Positions 22,837 through 31,426 of a stretch of DNA of 64,000 nt are shown in pieces. The notes beneath the pieces were generated by a model. It saw nothing but the letters and a program-made list of their open reading frames with translations, made no database searches and had not been told where the DNA came from. The stretch is taken from contig SHXK01000001.1 in the NCBI GenBank assembly GCA_009693335.1, positions 1,246 to 65,245 on the forward strand, given 5' to 3'. The position numbers and the translations under genes were made by a program. Source of the stretch: Betaproteobacteria bacterium (GTDB lineage: Bacteria > Pseudomonadota > Gammaproteobacteria > Burkholderiales > SG8-39). Within the stretch, counting starts at the first letter, position 1; each line of letters starts with the position of its first letter.

Positions 22837-23601
22837 ATGGAATTACCGCAAAACGCGTTCAAGCGCGCACTCAAGGCCGGCCAGCCGCAGATCGGCTTGT
22901 GGTCGAGCCTGTCGTCCAGCTATACCGTGGAGGTGATCGCCGGGGCCGGCTACGACTGGATCCTGCTCGACTGCGAACACTCGCCAAACGACCTGGAGTC
23001 GCTGCTCACCCAACTGCAGGCCTGCGCGCCCTACGCCACCACACCGATCGTGCGCGTGCCGTGGAACGACATGGTGAACATCAAGCGCGTACTCGACATT
23101 GGTGTGCAGACCCTGCTCATCCCCTACGTTTGCTCGGTCGAGGAGGCAAAGGCGGCGGTCGCCGCCACACGCTATCCGCCAGCTGGCCTGCGCGGGGTCG
23201 CGGGCACAACCAGGGCGACGCGCTTTGGCCGCGTCAAGGACTACGCCAAGCACGCGCACGAGGAAATCTGCGTGCTGGTCCAGGTGGAAACCAAGCCTGC
23301 GCTTGACCAACTGGAAGCGATCTGCGCAGTGGAGGGCGTGGATGGGGTGTTCATCGGCCCAGCCGATCTGCACGCCTCCATGGGCCATCCCGGGGAGACG
23401 TCGAATCCGGCGATCCTGCCGCTGATCGAAGAAGCCATGCGCCGCATTCGCAAGACCGGCAAAGCGCCGGGCTACCTGTCGCCGGTCGAAGCCGACGCCA
23501 AACGCATGCTGGGCGCGGGCTGCCTGTTCTGCGCCGTCGGCGCCGATGTCGGTCTGCTGGCGCGCGGGGCTGAAGCCTTACGAGGGAAGTTCCCATCATG
23601 A
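22837..23601 (+). CDS. HpcH/HpaI family 2-keto-3-deoxy-acid aldolase
   Basis: Start at MELPQNAFKRALKAGQPQIGLW (ATG at 22837). DWILLDCEHSPN and RVPWN motifs match the HpcH/HpaI/RhmA family. Confidence 0.88.
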   Translation: MELPQNAFKRALKAGQPQIGLWSSLSSSYTVEVIAGAGYDWILLDCEHSPNDLESLLTQLQACAPYATTPIVRVPWNDMVNIKRVLDIGVQTLLIPYVCSVEEAKAAVAATRYPPAGLRGVAGTTRATRFGRVKDYAKHAHEEICVLVQVETKPALDQLEAICAVEGVDGVFIGPADLHASMGHPGETSNPAILPLIEEAMRRIRKTGKAPGYLSPVEADAKRMLGAGCLFCAVGADVGLLARGAEALRGKFPS

Positions 23602-24536
23602 AAAACGAAATCATCATCACTGCCCAGGGACACCAGGGCACCCTGGAACGAATGCAGAACGAGTTTTCGGCTCTCAAGCTGTGGGAAGCGCCCGATCGTG
23701 ATGCCGCGCTCAAGGCTGCGGCGCCGCGCCTGCGCGCGCTGGCGCATTTCGGCCACTCCAGGGTAGACAGCAAGCTGATGGACGCGCTGCCCAAGCTGGA
23801 GCTGATTGCCAATTTCGGCGTCGGCGTGGACCAGATCGACCTCGAGGCGGCAAAGCAGCGCCACATCATCGTCACCAACACTCCCGACGTGCTGAACGAC
23901 TGCGTCGCCGACACCGCGATCGCTCTGGTGCTCAATACCCTGCGCAAGTTCCCCCAGTCGGAGGCCTACCTGCGCTCAGGCTACTGGCCGACGCGTGGAC
24001 CGTATCCGCTCGCCACCTCGGTCGGCGGCAAGACCCTGGGCATTCTGGGCCTGGGCCGTATCGGGGAAGCCATCGCCAAACGGGCGCTCGCCTTTGGCAT
24101 GCAGATCCGTTATCACAACCGCCACAAGAAAAACGTGCCCTACGCCTACGACGCGAATCCCGTGGCGCTGGCGAAGAACTCGCACGTACTGTTGATCGTC
24201 ACCCCGGGTGGCGCGGGCACTGCCAAGCTGGTCAACGCCAAGGTGCTGGACGCGCTCGGCCCACAGGGCTACGTGGTGAACGTCGCGCGCGGCTCGGTGG
24301 TGGACGAACCGGTGCTGCTGCGCTACCTGCGGGAGAAGAAAATCGCCGGCGCCGGGCTGGATGTCTTCGAGCACGAGCCGAAAGTGCCGGCCGAGTTCTA
24401 CGCGCTCGACAACGCGGTGCTATTCCCGCACGTGGCGAGCGCCACGATCGAAACGCGCAAAGCCATGGGCGATCTGCAAGTCGAGAACCTGCACCTGCAT
24501 TTCGCCGGTAAACCGGTCAAGACCCGGGTCGTATAG
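23598..24536 (+). CDS. D-isomer-specific 2-hydroxyacid dehydrogenase (glyoxylate/hydroxypyruvate reductase-like)
   Basis: 312-aa ORF with the GILGLGRIGEAIAKRA NAD-binding motif and the catalytic region ARGSVVDE...HVAS. ATGA overlap with the aldolase gene. Confidence 0.88.
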   Translation: MKNEIIITAQGHQGTLERMQNEFSALKLWEAPDRDAALKAAAPRLRALAHFGHSRVDSKLMDALPKLELIANFGVGVDQIDLEAAKQRHIIVTNTPDVLNDCVADTAIALVLNTLRKFPQSEAYLRSGYWPTRGPYPLATSVGGKTLGILGLGRIGEAIAKRALAFGMQIRYHNRHKKNVPYAYDANPVALAKNSHVLLIVTPGGAGTAKLVNAKVLDALGPQGYVVNVARGSVVDEPVLLRYLREKKIAGAGLDVFEHEPKVPAEFYALDNAVLFPHVASATIETRKAMGDLQVENLHLHFAGKPVKTRVV

Positions 24537-24558
24537 AAAGAAAGTAGGCAGGAGTCGC

Positions 24559-24948
24559 TTAGGGTTGCTCGGCAGGATCGAAATCGATCTCGACCTTGGC
24601 CCCGTTCGGGTCGAAGAAAAACAGCTGCCAGGTGCCATAGGCGGGTAGTCGCCGCAGTTCGTACTTGATGTCTTTCTTTTGCAGTTTCGCCACGGCCGCG
24701 GCCAGCCCCGCACCGCTAAACGCCATGTGGTCGATCACCCCCTTCACCAAGCGCTCTTTCTGGATGCCCGCGACGATATGCAGGATCGGGTCCCTGCCGC
24801 GGCCGGCGTCGGCGTAAAGCCAGGCGCCGGGAAAGGTAAACGGTGGCCGCGCCCCCGCTTTCAGGTTGAGGTGCTCCTCGTAGAACGCCAGCGTCGCCGG
24901 CAGGTCGTCGGTAAGGATGGTGAAGTGGTTGACGGCGGTTACGCTCAT
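24559..24948 (-). CDS. VOC (glyoxalase/bleomycin-resistance/dioxygenase) family protein
   Basis: 129-aa ORF; the VNHFTILTDD start and HMAF...FFFDPNG segments are typical of the VOC fold. Confidence 0.75.
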   Translation of the reverse strand: MSVTAVNHFTILTDDLPATLAFYEEHLNLKAGARPPFTFPGAWLYADAGRGRDPILHIVAGIQKERLVKGVIDHMAFSGAGLAAAVAKLQKKDIKYELRRLPAYGTWQLFFFDPNGAKVEIDFDPAEQP

Positions 24949-24949
24949 G

Positions 24950-25951
24950 TCAGGCTCCCTTGGCAGTAATTTGGGCTTGCTTGGTCTTATCCAGCACCGT
25001 CATCGCGGTCGCGACCATGCCGGCGACGTCGCCGGCGCTGGCCGGCAGGATCAGGGTGTTCGAGGTTTTGGCGAGATGGGCGAAAGCCGCCACGTACTCC
25101 TGCGCCACCTTGAGGTTGGCCGCATCCATGCCGCCTTTGTCGCTGATCGCATCGCCCACTGCGCGCACCGCCGCCGCATTGGCATCTGCGATCAGCCGCA
25201 GCGCGGTCGCCTCGCCCTGTGCCCGGTTGATCTCGCTTTGCTTTTCGCCCTCGGATTCCAGGATCGCCGCCTGGCGTTTACCGTCGGCGACGTTGATCGC
25301 TTGTTGGCGCTCGCCCTCGGACTTGGCGATCAGCGCCCGCTTTTCCCTCTCCGCAGTGATCTGCGCCTGCATCGCACGCAGGATCGATTCGGGCGGGGTG
25401 ATGCTCTTGATCTCGTAGCGCAGCACCTTGATGCCCCAGTTGCGCCCCGCTTCGTCCAGAGCGGCGACGATGTGCCGATTGATGTCTTCGCGCGACTCGA
25501 AGCTCTTGTCCAGCTCCATCTTGCCGATCACGCTGCGCAAGGTGGTCTGCGCGAGCTGGGTGATGGCGCCGATGTAGTTGGCCGAACCGTAAGAGGCGAG
25601 GCGCGGGTCGGTGACCTGGTAATAGAGGATCCCGTCCACCGCCAGCTGGGTGTTGTCCTTGGTGATGCAGACCTGCTCGGGCACATCCAGCGGCACTTCC
25701 TTGAGCGAATGCATATAGGCGACGCGGTCCATGAACGGGATGATCAGGTTGAGGCCCGGCTCCAGCGCCGCATGGAATTTCCCGAGCCGCTCCACCACAT
25801 AAGCGAACTGCTGGGGGACGATGCGCACCCCCTCGATGACGAAAGCGACTACCACCGCGATAAAGAAGATCCACACGGCATAGCGTTCGGTGGCGGGAAA
25901 GAATGCCGCGGCTATCGAGACCGCGACGGCGATGATCAGTTTGCTGAACAT
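24950..25951 (-). CDS. SPFH/band-7 (stomatin-like) membrane protein
   Basis: Real start is MFSKLIIAVAVSIAAAF (ATG at 25951) within the 389-aa track ORF. An N-terminal TM is followed by the IVPQQFAYVVERLGKF...ITKDN SPFH core and an Ala/Glu-rich coiled coil. Confidence 0.9.
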   Translation of the reverse strand: MFSKLIIAVAVSIAAAFFPATERYAVWIFFIAVVVAFVIEGVRIVPQQFAYVVERLGKFHAALEPGLNLIIPFMDRVAYMHSLKEVPLDVPEQVCITKDNTQLAVDGILYYQVTDPRLASYGSANYIGAITQLAQTTLRSVIGKMELDKSFESREDINRHIVAALDEAGRNWGIKVLRYEIKSITPPESILRAMQAQITAEREKRALIAKSEGERQQAINVADGKRQAAILESEGEKQSEINRAQGEATALRLIADANAAAVRAVGDAISDKGGMDAANLKVAQEYVAAFAHLAKTSNTLILPASAGDVAGMVATAMTVLDKTKQAQITAKGA

Positions 25952-26003
25952 GGTTTTCCCCTTTGGGCCTGGCATAGCCATGGCTGAAACCCGCGCTGCC
26001 GCT

Positions 26004-26429
26004 TCACGCGGGCCGGTGGGTGGTGACTTTGAGTGTATTGCCATGTGTGGCGAGTACGTAAACGACAGCCTCGGCGGCGACAGTTTCTTCCCCATCCACC
26101 AGCGCCTCCCAGGAAGCACCGCGGTAGGTCACGCGTGCCAGGCGCGCCCCTTGGTCGACCCAGCTCTCGAAACTCGCCGGCTGGCCGGCATCCACAGGCG
26201 GCATCTGCTGGGTGGCATGCTTGGCCCGATAGACGTGCGCCCCGTAGCAGCCCAAGCCCGCGATCGCCCCCGCGACCATGACCTGCACCGGAAAGCTCTG
26301 CCCGAACCAAGCCGCCAACGCCGCGCCGAAGGCCGCGATGCCCAGCACCAGCAGGTAGAAAGTGCCGGTGAGCAGCTCCACGATGACCAGCGTCAAGCCG
26401 ACAATTGCCCAAGTCAGATCTTCTGCCAT
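26004..26429 (-). CDS. NfeD family membrane protein
   Basis: 141-aa ORF with two or three TM helices and a C-terminal OB-like soluble domain. It lies immediately upstream of the SPFH gene, the classical NfeD-SPFH operon arrangement. Confidence 0.82.
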   Translation of the reverse strand: MAEDLTWAIVGLTLVIVELLTGTFYLLVLGIAAFGAALAAWFGQSFPVQVMVAGAIAGLGCYGAHVYRAKHATQQMPPVDAGQPASFESWVDQGARLARVTYRGASWEALVDGEETVAAEAVVYVLATHGNTLKVTTHRPA

Positions 26430-26454
26430 GCGTCTAATTTAGAATTACTTGGCC

Positions 26455-27282
26455 ATGGACGCAACAAATCTCGCAAATGAGCTCATCGACCTGCATCAGC
26501 ACCCGCGGCAGCTAGCCCCGTTTAGCACCCGCTATGCGGGGCTTAGCGCGGAAATGGGCTATGCCGCGGCGCGCGGGCTGCATGCCCATCGCCTGGCGCA
26601 GGGCTGGAAACTGGTTGGCCGCAAGAACGGCTTCACCAACCGCGGCATCTGGGAGCGCTACGGCGTGGACCGGCCGATGTGGGGCGCCGTTTACGACCGT
26701 ACGCTGATATGGGCGGCTGCTAATAGAGCCGTCGTGCCCCTGGCTGGCTTGGTGCAGCCGCGCATCGAGCCAGAGATCTGCTTCAAGCTGAAATCCGTAC
26801 CGCCGTCCACCACCCCGCAGGACTGGTCGCGCCTGCGCAACCCGGCGGCGCTTCTGGAGTCCATCGAGTGGGTAGCCCATGCCGTCGAAATCGTCCAGTG
26901 CCACCACCCGGAGTGGAAGATGACGCTCGGCGATTGCACTGCAAACAACGCGCTGCACGGCAGGCTGATTGTCGGCACACCCGTCGAAGTGCAGCGGATT
27001 TCCGGCCTCAGCGCAGCACTGCCGTTCCTCAAAGTGACCCTGCGCAAGGGCCAGGAGGTCATCGACCAGGGCATCGGCGCCAACGTACTCAACAGCCCGC
27101 TTTTGTCGCTCGCCTTTCTGGTTGAAATTCTTGCCGCACAGAAAGATTCCCCGCCGCTGGCGGCCGGCGAAATCATCAGCACCGGAACCCTCACCGATGC
27201 GCATCCGGTGCAAGCGGGCGAAACCTGGAGTACAGACTTGCATGGCTTTGCCGTGCGCGGCCTGACCCTGCAGTTCACCTAA
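26455..27282 (+). CDS. 2-keto-4-pentenoate hydratase/2-oxohepta-3-ene-1,7-dioate hydratase family (FAH fold) protein
   Basis: Family-level resemblance over the whole 277-aa track ORF to MhpD/HpcG-type hydratases (GRKNGFT, EPEICF, NSPL). The first ATG is at 26455; the track start at 26449 is a TTG. Confidence 0.75.
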   Translation: MDATNLANELIDLHQHPRQLAPFSTRYAGLSAEMGYAAARGLHAHRLAQGWKLVGRKNGFTNRGIWERYGVDRPMWGAVYDRTLIWAAANRAVVPLAGLVQPRIEPEICFKLKSVPPSTTPQDWSRLRNPAALLESIEWVAHAVEIVQCHHPEWKMTLGDCTANNALHGRLIVGTPVEVQRISGLSAALPFLKVTLRKGQEVIDQGIGANVLNSPLLSLAFLVEILAAQKDSPPLAAGEIISTGTLTDAHPVQAGETWSTDLHGFAVRGLTLQFT

Positions 27283-27292
27283 CCGGAAAAAG

Positions 27293-28492
27293 ATGCAACG
27301 ACCCCTGCAAGGCATCACCGTCGTGGGCCTGGAACAAGTGATTGCGGCGCCGTTCTGCACGCGGCAGCTCGCCGAACTGGGCGCCCGCGTGATCAAGCTC
27401 GAGCGCACCGGCGGCGGTGATGCGGCGCGCGACTACGACCAGACGGTGCTGGGACTATCTTCGCATTTCGTCTGGGTCAATCGCTCCAAAGAGAGTATTG
27501 CCCTGGATCTGAAGCATCCGGATGCAAAACCGATCCTGGATAAACTGATCCAAAAAGCAGATGTTTTCGTTCAAAACCTTGCCCCAGGCGCCGCCGAGCG
27601 GCTCGGTCTGGGGGCGGCCGAGTTGCGCGCCCATAACCCCCGGCTGATCTGGTGCGGCATCTCCGGCTACGGCCCCACCGGCCCTTATGCCGACAAAAAA
27701 GCCTATGACCTGCTGGTGCAGTGCGAAGCCGGCCTGCTCTCAGTGACCGGCACCCCCGAGCAGCCCGCCAAGGCCGGCATTCCGGTGGCCGACATCGCCG
27801 CCGGCATGTACGCCTTTTCTTCGATTCTCGCCGCGCTCTATCGCCGCCAGGCAGAGGGGGTGGGCGCGACCATAGACATCACCATGCTCGAATCGCTCGG
27901 CGAATGGATGGGGTTTCCCGCCAATTTCACCGCTTACGGTGGCGCAGCGCCGCCGCGTTCCGGCGCGCACCACGCCACCGTAGTCCCCTACGGCCCGTTC
28001 AAGGCGGGCGACGGCGGCACGGTCTTCCTGTCGATCCAGAACGAACGGGAGTTCGAACGGTTTTGCGATGTCGTCTTGTTGAATTCATCATTGAAAACGG
28101 ATCCGCGTTTCTCGAATGGTCCTGCCAGAGCGGAAAACCGCGACGCGATGCATGCGGAAATTCACAGGGCCTTTTCGACCTTGAATGCGCCACAAGTCAT
28201 CGCCAGGCTGGAAAATGCCGGCATCGCCAACGCAAAACTGAATTCGATGCAGGAATTCTGGGAGCATCCGCAGTTGGCGGCGCGCGACCGCTGGCGCGAG
28301 GTGGGTTCGCCGGTGGGACCGATCAAAGCGACCAAGCCGCCGTTCAACCTGGACGGTTTCGAAGCACGCATGGACGCCATCCCCGCATTGGGTGCGCACA
28401 GCCACGCAATCCTTGCCGATTTGGGTTTTACGGCAAGGGAAATTCAACAAATGGCAGCATCCGGAATCATTCAACTGGGAGAAACACCATGA
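27293..28492 (+). CDS. CaiB/BaiF family (class III) CoA-transferase
   Basis: 399-aa ORF with PLQGITVVGLEQVIAAPFCTRQLAELGARVIKLE, a typical family III N-terminus. Confidence 0.9.
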   Translation: MQRPLQGITVVGLEQVIAAPFCTRQLAELGARVIKLERTGGGDAARDYDQTVLGLSSHFVWVNRSKESIALDLKHPDAKPILDKLIQKADVFVQNLAPGAAERLGLGAAELRAHNPRLIWCGISGYGPTGPYADKKAYDLLVQCEAGLLSVTGTPEQPAKAGIPVADIAAGMYAFSSILAALYRRQAEGVGATIDITMLESLGEWMGFPANFTAYGGAAPPRSGAHHATVVPYGPFKAGDGGTVFLSIQNEREFERFCDVVLLNSSLKTDPRFSNGPARAENRDAMHAEIHRAFSTLNAPQVIARLENAGIANAKLNSMQEFWEHPQLAARDRWREVGSPVGPIKATKPPFNLDGFEARMDAIPALGAHSHAILADLGFTAREIQQMAASGIIQLGETP

Positions 28493-29160
28493 ACCTCGAA
28501 CTTTATTTCGCCCCCGGCGCCTGCTCGTTCGTCCCGCACGTCGCCCTGGAAGTGGTCAAGGCAGCCACCGGCCAGGCCTTCGAAGCCAAACTGGTCAAGC
28601 TGCACAAAGGCGAGCACCAGACGCCCGCCTACCTGGCGCTGAACCCGGACGGTCAGGTGCCGGTGCTGATGGCGATGGGCAAACCACTCACCCAGATCGT
28701 CGCCATCTGCGACTTCCTCGACCGCAGCTTTCCGCAGGCGGGCCTGCTGCCCACCGAGCCCTGGGCGCGCGCCCAGGCGCTCTCCGAATTGGCGTGGATG
28801 AATAACACCGCGCACCCGACCTTCACGCAGGTGTTTCGCGCGTCCCAGTTCGCTGCCAGCGAGAGCGCGCAGGCGGAAGTGAAGAAAATCGCCGCGGCGC
28901 GTTTTCGCCAACACCTGGAGCAAATACAGGGCTGGATCGAAACCCGGAAAAATGCGGCGCAAGCGTACTGGCAGGGCGCGCGCATCACCTGCCACGACGC
29001 CTACGCCTTCACGCTGCTGCGCTGGGGCGGCTACGCGGGCATCGACCCGCAGTCGCTGCCCTCCTACACGGCCTACGTCGAGCGGGTGATGGCGGCGCCG
29101 CCGGTGGCCGCTGCGCTGGAGCGCGAGCGCATCAAGCTGGACACCTACAAGGCGGCCTGA
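28489..29160 (+). CDS. Glutathione S-transferase family protein
   Basis: Start at MNLELYFAPGACSFVPHVAL (ATG at 28489, ATGA overlap with the CaiB stop). Thioredoxin-like N-domain (LNPDGQVPVL) plus a helical C-domain. Confidence 0.85.
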   Translation: MNLELYFAPGACSFVPHVALEVVKAATGQAFEAKLVKLHKGEHQTPAYLALNPDGQVPVLMAMGKPLTQIVAICDFLDRSFPQAGLLPTEPWARAQALSELAWMNNTAHPTFTQVFRASQFAASESAQAEVKKIAAARFRQHLEQIQGWIETRKNAAQAYWQGARITCHDAYAFTLLRWGGYAGIDPQSLPSYTAYVERVMAAPPVAAALERERIKLDTYKAA

Positions 29161-29184
29161 AGTGGCAGACGCCCCCAATTCGGC

Positions 29185-30315
29185 TCAGGATTTCTTGCTG
29201 ACCTCGATACCGGCCGCGCGGGCGAGATCCCGGTGCACCCGCACCACCCGCTCCACCTCACCCTTGGCGGGAAAGCGCTCGTAGAAGCCATCGTCGCGGA
29301 ACATCTTGCCCATCTCCGCCCACGGCTTGAGCCGCTCTTCCCAGCGTTCCAGGCGCCCGGCCTCGGGAACATTGTCCTGGCGCGCCAGATCGGCGCATAC
29401 CCGGATCATCGCCTTGATGGTGACCGGCCGGGTAACCATGTAGCCGTCCTTGCCCCAGACTGAATCGCCGAACACGTTTTTCGCCGCCCGTAAGAAATCG
29501 CGCACGATGCCGTAGTGGCGCGGCACTTCCTTGGCGCTGCCGCCCGCGACCTGAATCGAGCGCCACTTGCCGCGCACCCAGCGGTGCAGTTCGTTGAACA
29601 GCTCGGCCTGCAGCACCCACTTGTCGCGCTGGCTGCGGCCGCCCAAGCGGTTGATGCGGTAGCGCAGCGGGCTGTCGCCTTCGCCGTAGAGCTTTTGCAC
29701 CAGGCGCGCGGCGAATTTGCGGTCGGGCGCCGCCCAGGACACCTGCTCGTAGAGATCGATCAGATGGCTCTTGTTGATGCGCGTCGGCGTGGAATTGATG
29801 ATGACGAACATCTCGGCAGCGAAGTCTTCGCTGCGACCGTCAAAAATGATGCAGGGCACGCTGATGGTGGCGGCGTCCTGCGGCCGCTCCAGCATGTAGA
29901 AATGCAGCGCGGCGAGGCGGTGCTGGCCGTCGATGATCAGGAATTTGCTGGCCGGCTCCGACAGATGCCCCGAACCATCGCCGTCGCCCCCGCCGTTGGA
30001 ACGGAAATTCAGCTTCTCGCTGGTGTAGAGCAGCACCGTACCGGGGATCGCCGGCTGCGACACCGCGGTTTCATAGAAATTGGTGAGCTGGCGCACCTTG
30101 GCGCGCGACAGGCCGCGCTGGAAAGCGCCGTCGGTGCGCTCGATTTTGGCGATGAATTGGGCGACATCGTCATCCTGCGAGATGCGCGCCGCGGGAATCT
30201 CCTCGCCCTCGCCATAGAAACGGCTGATGAAGCGCACCCTGGCGAGCAGATTCTTCGCCTGGTACCCGGCAAAATAGAAAATCCCGTCCTTCTGGCGAAT
30301 CTGTGTCGCGTGCAT
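29185..30315 (-). CDS. DGQHR domain-containing protein (DndB-like, ParB/sulfiredoxin fold)
   Basis: 376-aa ORF with the diagnostic FLIIDGQHRLAAL motif and the FVIINSTPTRINKSHLIDL segment. GGGAGAGG Shine-Dalgarno upstream of the ATG at 30315. Confidence 0.8.
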   Translation of the reverse strand: MHATQIRQKDGIFYFAGYQAKNLLARVRFISRFYGEGEEIPAARISQDDDVAQFIAKIERTDGAFQRGLSRAKVRQLTNFYETAVSQPAIPGTVLLYTSEKLNFRSNGGGDGDGSGHLSEPASKFLIIDGQHRLAALHFYMLERPQDAATISVPCIIFDGRSEDFAAEMFVIINSTPTRINKSHLIDLYEQVSWAAPDRKFAARLVQKLYGEGDSPLRYRINRLGGRSQRDKWVLQAELFNELHRWVRGKWRSIQVAGGSAKEVPRHYGIVRDFLRAAKNVFGDSVWGKDGYMVTRPVTIKAMIRVCADLARQDNVPEAGRLERWEERLKPWAEMGKMFRDDGFYERFPAKGEVERVVRVHRDLARAAGIEVSKKS

Positions 30316-30393
30316 CGCCTCTCCCGTTGCGCCAGCCCGCTCTTCCGGCGGACCGTGCCGGGCGGAAATATACCCGGGATTAGAATCCTACGC

Positions 30394-31419
30394 ATGAAAC
30401 TCTCCGTCCTCGACCAATCCCCCATCATCTCCGGCCACAGCGCCGCGCAGGCGATCGAAGAAACCATCAAGCTCGCGCGCCGCGCCGATGAACTCGGCTA
30501 CCACCGCTACTGGCTCGCCGAGCACCACGCCATCGCCGCGCTCGCCGACCCCTGCCCTGAAATCCTGCTCGCGCGCCTGGGCGCGGAGACCAAGCGGATC
30601 CGGGTGGGCACGGGTGGGGTATTGCTGCCCTACTACAGCGCTTTCAAGGTTGCTGAAATTTTCCGCATGCTGGAAGCCCTCTACCCCGGGCGCATCGATC
30701 TGGGCATCGGGCGCGCGCCGGGTGGCGACCAGCGCACCGCGCGTGCCGTAGGGGGTGGGCACTTCCCGGATGCAGAACAATTCCCGCAACAGGTCTGGGA
30801 ACTGATCGGCTACCTGGACGGCACCCTGCCCGAGGATCACCCCAACCGCCGCGTACGCGTCCAGCCCGAAGGTCGCAGCGCGCCGGAGCTCTGGTTGCTC
30901 GGCTCCTCGGATTACAGCGGCCTGCTGGCGGCGCAGTTGGGGGTGCGTTTCTCGTTCGCCCATTTCATCAACGCTCAGGGCGGCGACCTGGTGACGCGCG
31001 CCTACCAGGAACGTTTCCAGCCCCGCGATGCGCACAGCAGCGGCCCCACGCCGCGCGAAGCCCAGCCGCACAGCGCCCTTTGCTGCTTCGTCATCTGTGC
31101 CGCCACCGACGACGAAGCCGAGCGCCGTGCGCGCGTCGTCGACTTGCGACGCCTGCACATGGCCCTCAACCAGGATCTGCCCGTGCCGACCCTGGCCGAA
31201 GCCGAACAACGCGCTTTCTCCAAGGAAGAACTGCAGTACATCCGCGGCCAGCGCCCGCGCGCGATCATCGGCAGCCCGCAGACCTGCCGGGACAAACTGC
31301 TCGATCTGGCCGGGAAATTTTCTGCCGACGAATTGATGGTGCTGACGATTACCGGCGACTACGCCACGCGGCTGGAATCCTACGAACTGCTAGCACAAGC
31401 CTTTGCTCTGGCAGGCTGA
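30394..31419 (+). CDS. Luciferase-like (LLM class, group 1/YhbW-like) flavin-dependent oxidoreductase
   Basis: The real gene is the last 341 codons (MKLSVLDQSPIISGHSAAQAIEETIKLARRADELGYHRYWLAEHH) of the 634-aa track ORF. Confidence 0.88.
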   Translation: MKLSVLDQSPIISGHSAAQAIEETIKLARRADELGYHRYWLAEHHAIAALADPCPEILLARLGAETKRIRVGTGGVLLPYYSAFKVAEIFRMLEALYPGRIDLGIGRAPGGDQRTARAVGGGHFPDAEQFPQQVWELIGYLDGTLPEDHPNRRVRVQPEGRSAPELWLLGSSDYSGLLAAQLGVRFSFAHFINAQGGDLVTRAYQERFQPRDAHSSGPTPREAQPHSALCCFVICAATDDEAERRARVVDLRRLHMALNQDLPVPTLAEAEQRAFSKEELQYIRGQRPRAIIGSPQTCRDKLLDLAGKFSADELMVLTITGDYATRLESYELLAQAFALAG

Positions 31420-31426
31420 TTTACGT

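Noticed and set aside
24950-26429. SPFH/band-7 plus NfeD pair considered as a novel system.
   Set aside because: This is the well-known, widespread NfeD-SPFH operon arrangement, and nothing unusual is seen in either protein. Only the promoter geometry is reported separately.
29515-31419. 634-aa plus-strand ORF spanning the antisense of the DGQHR gene plus the LLM gene.
   Set aside because: Only the final 341 codons (from MKLSVLDQSP) look like a protein. The upstream part is the antisense shadow of the DGQHR gene.
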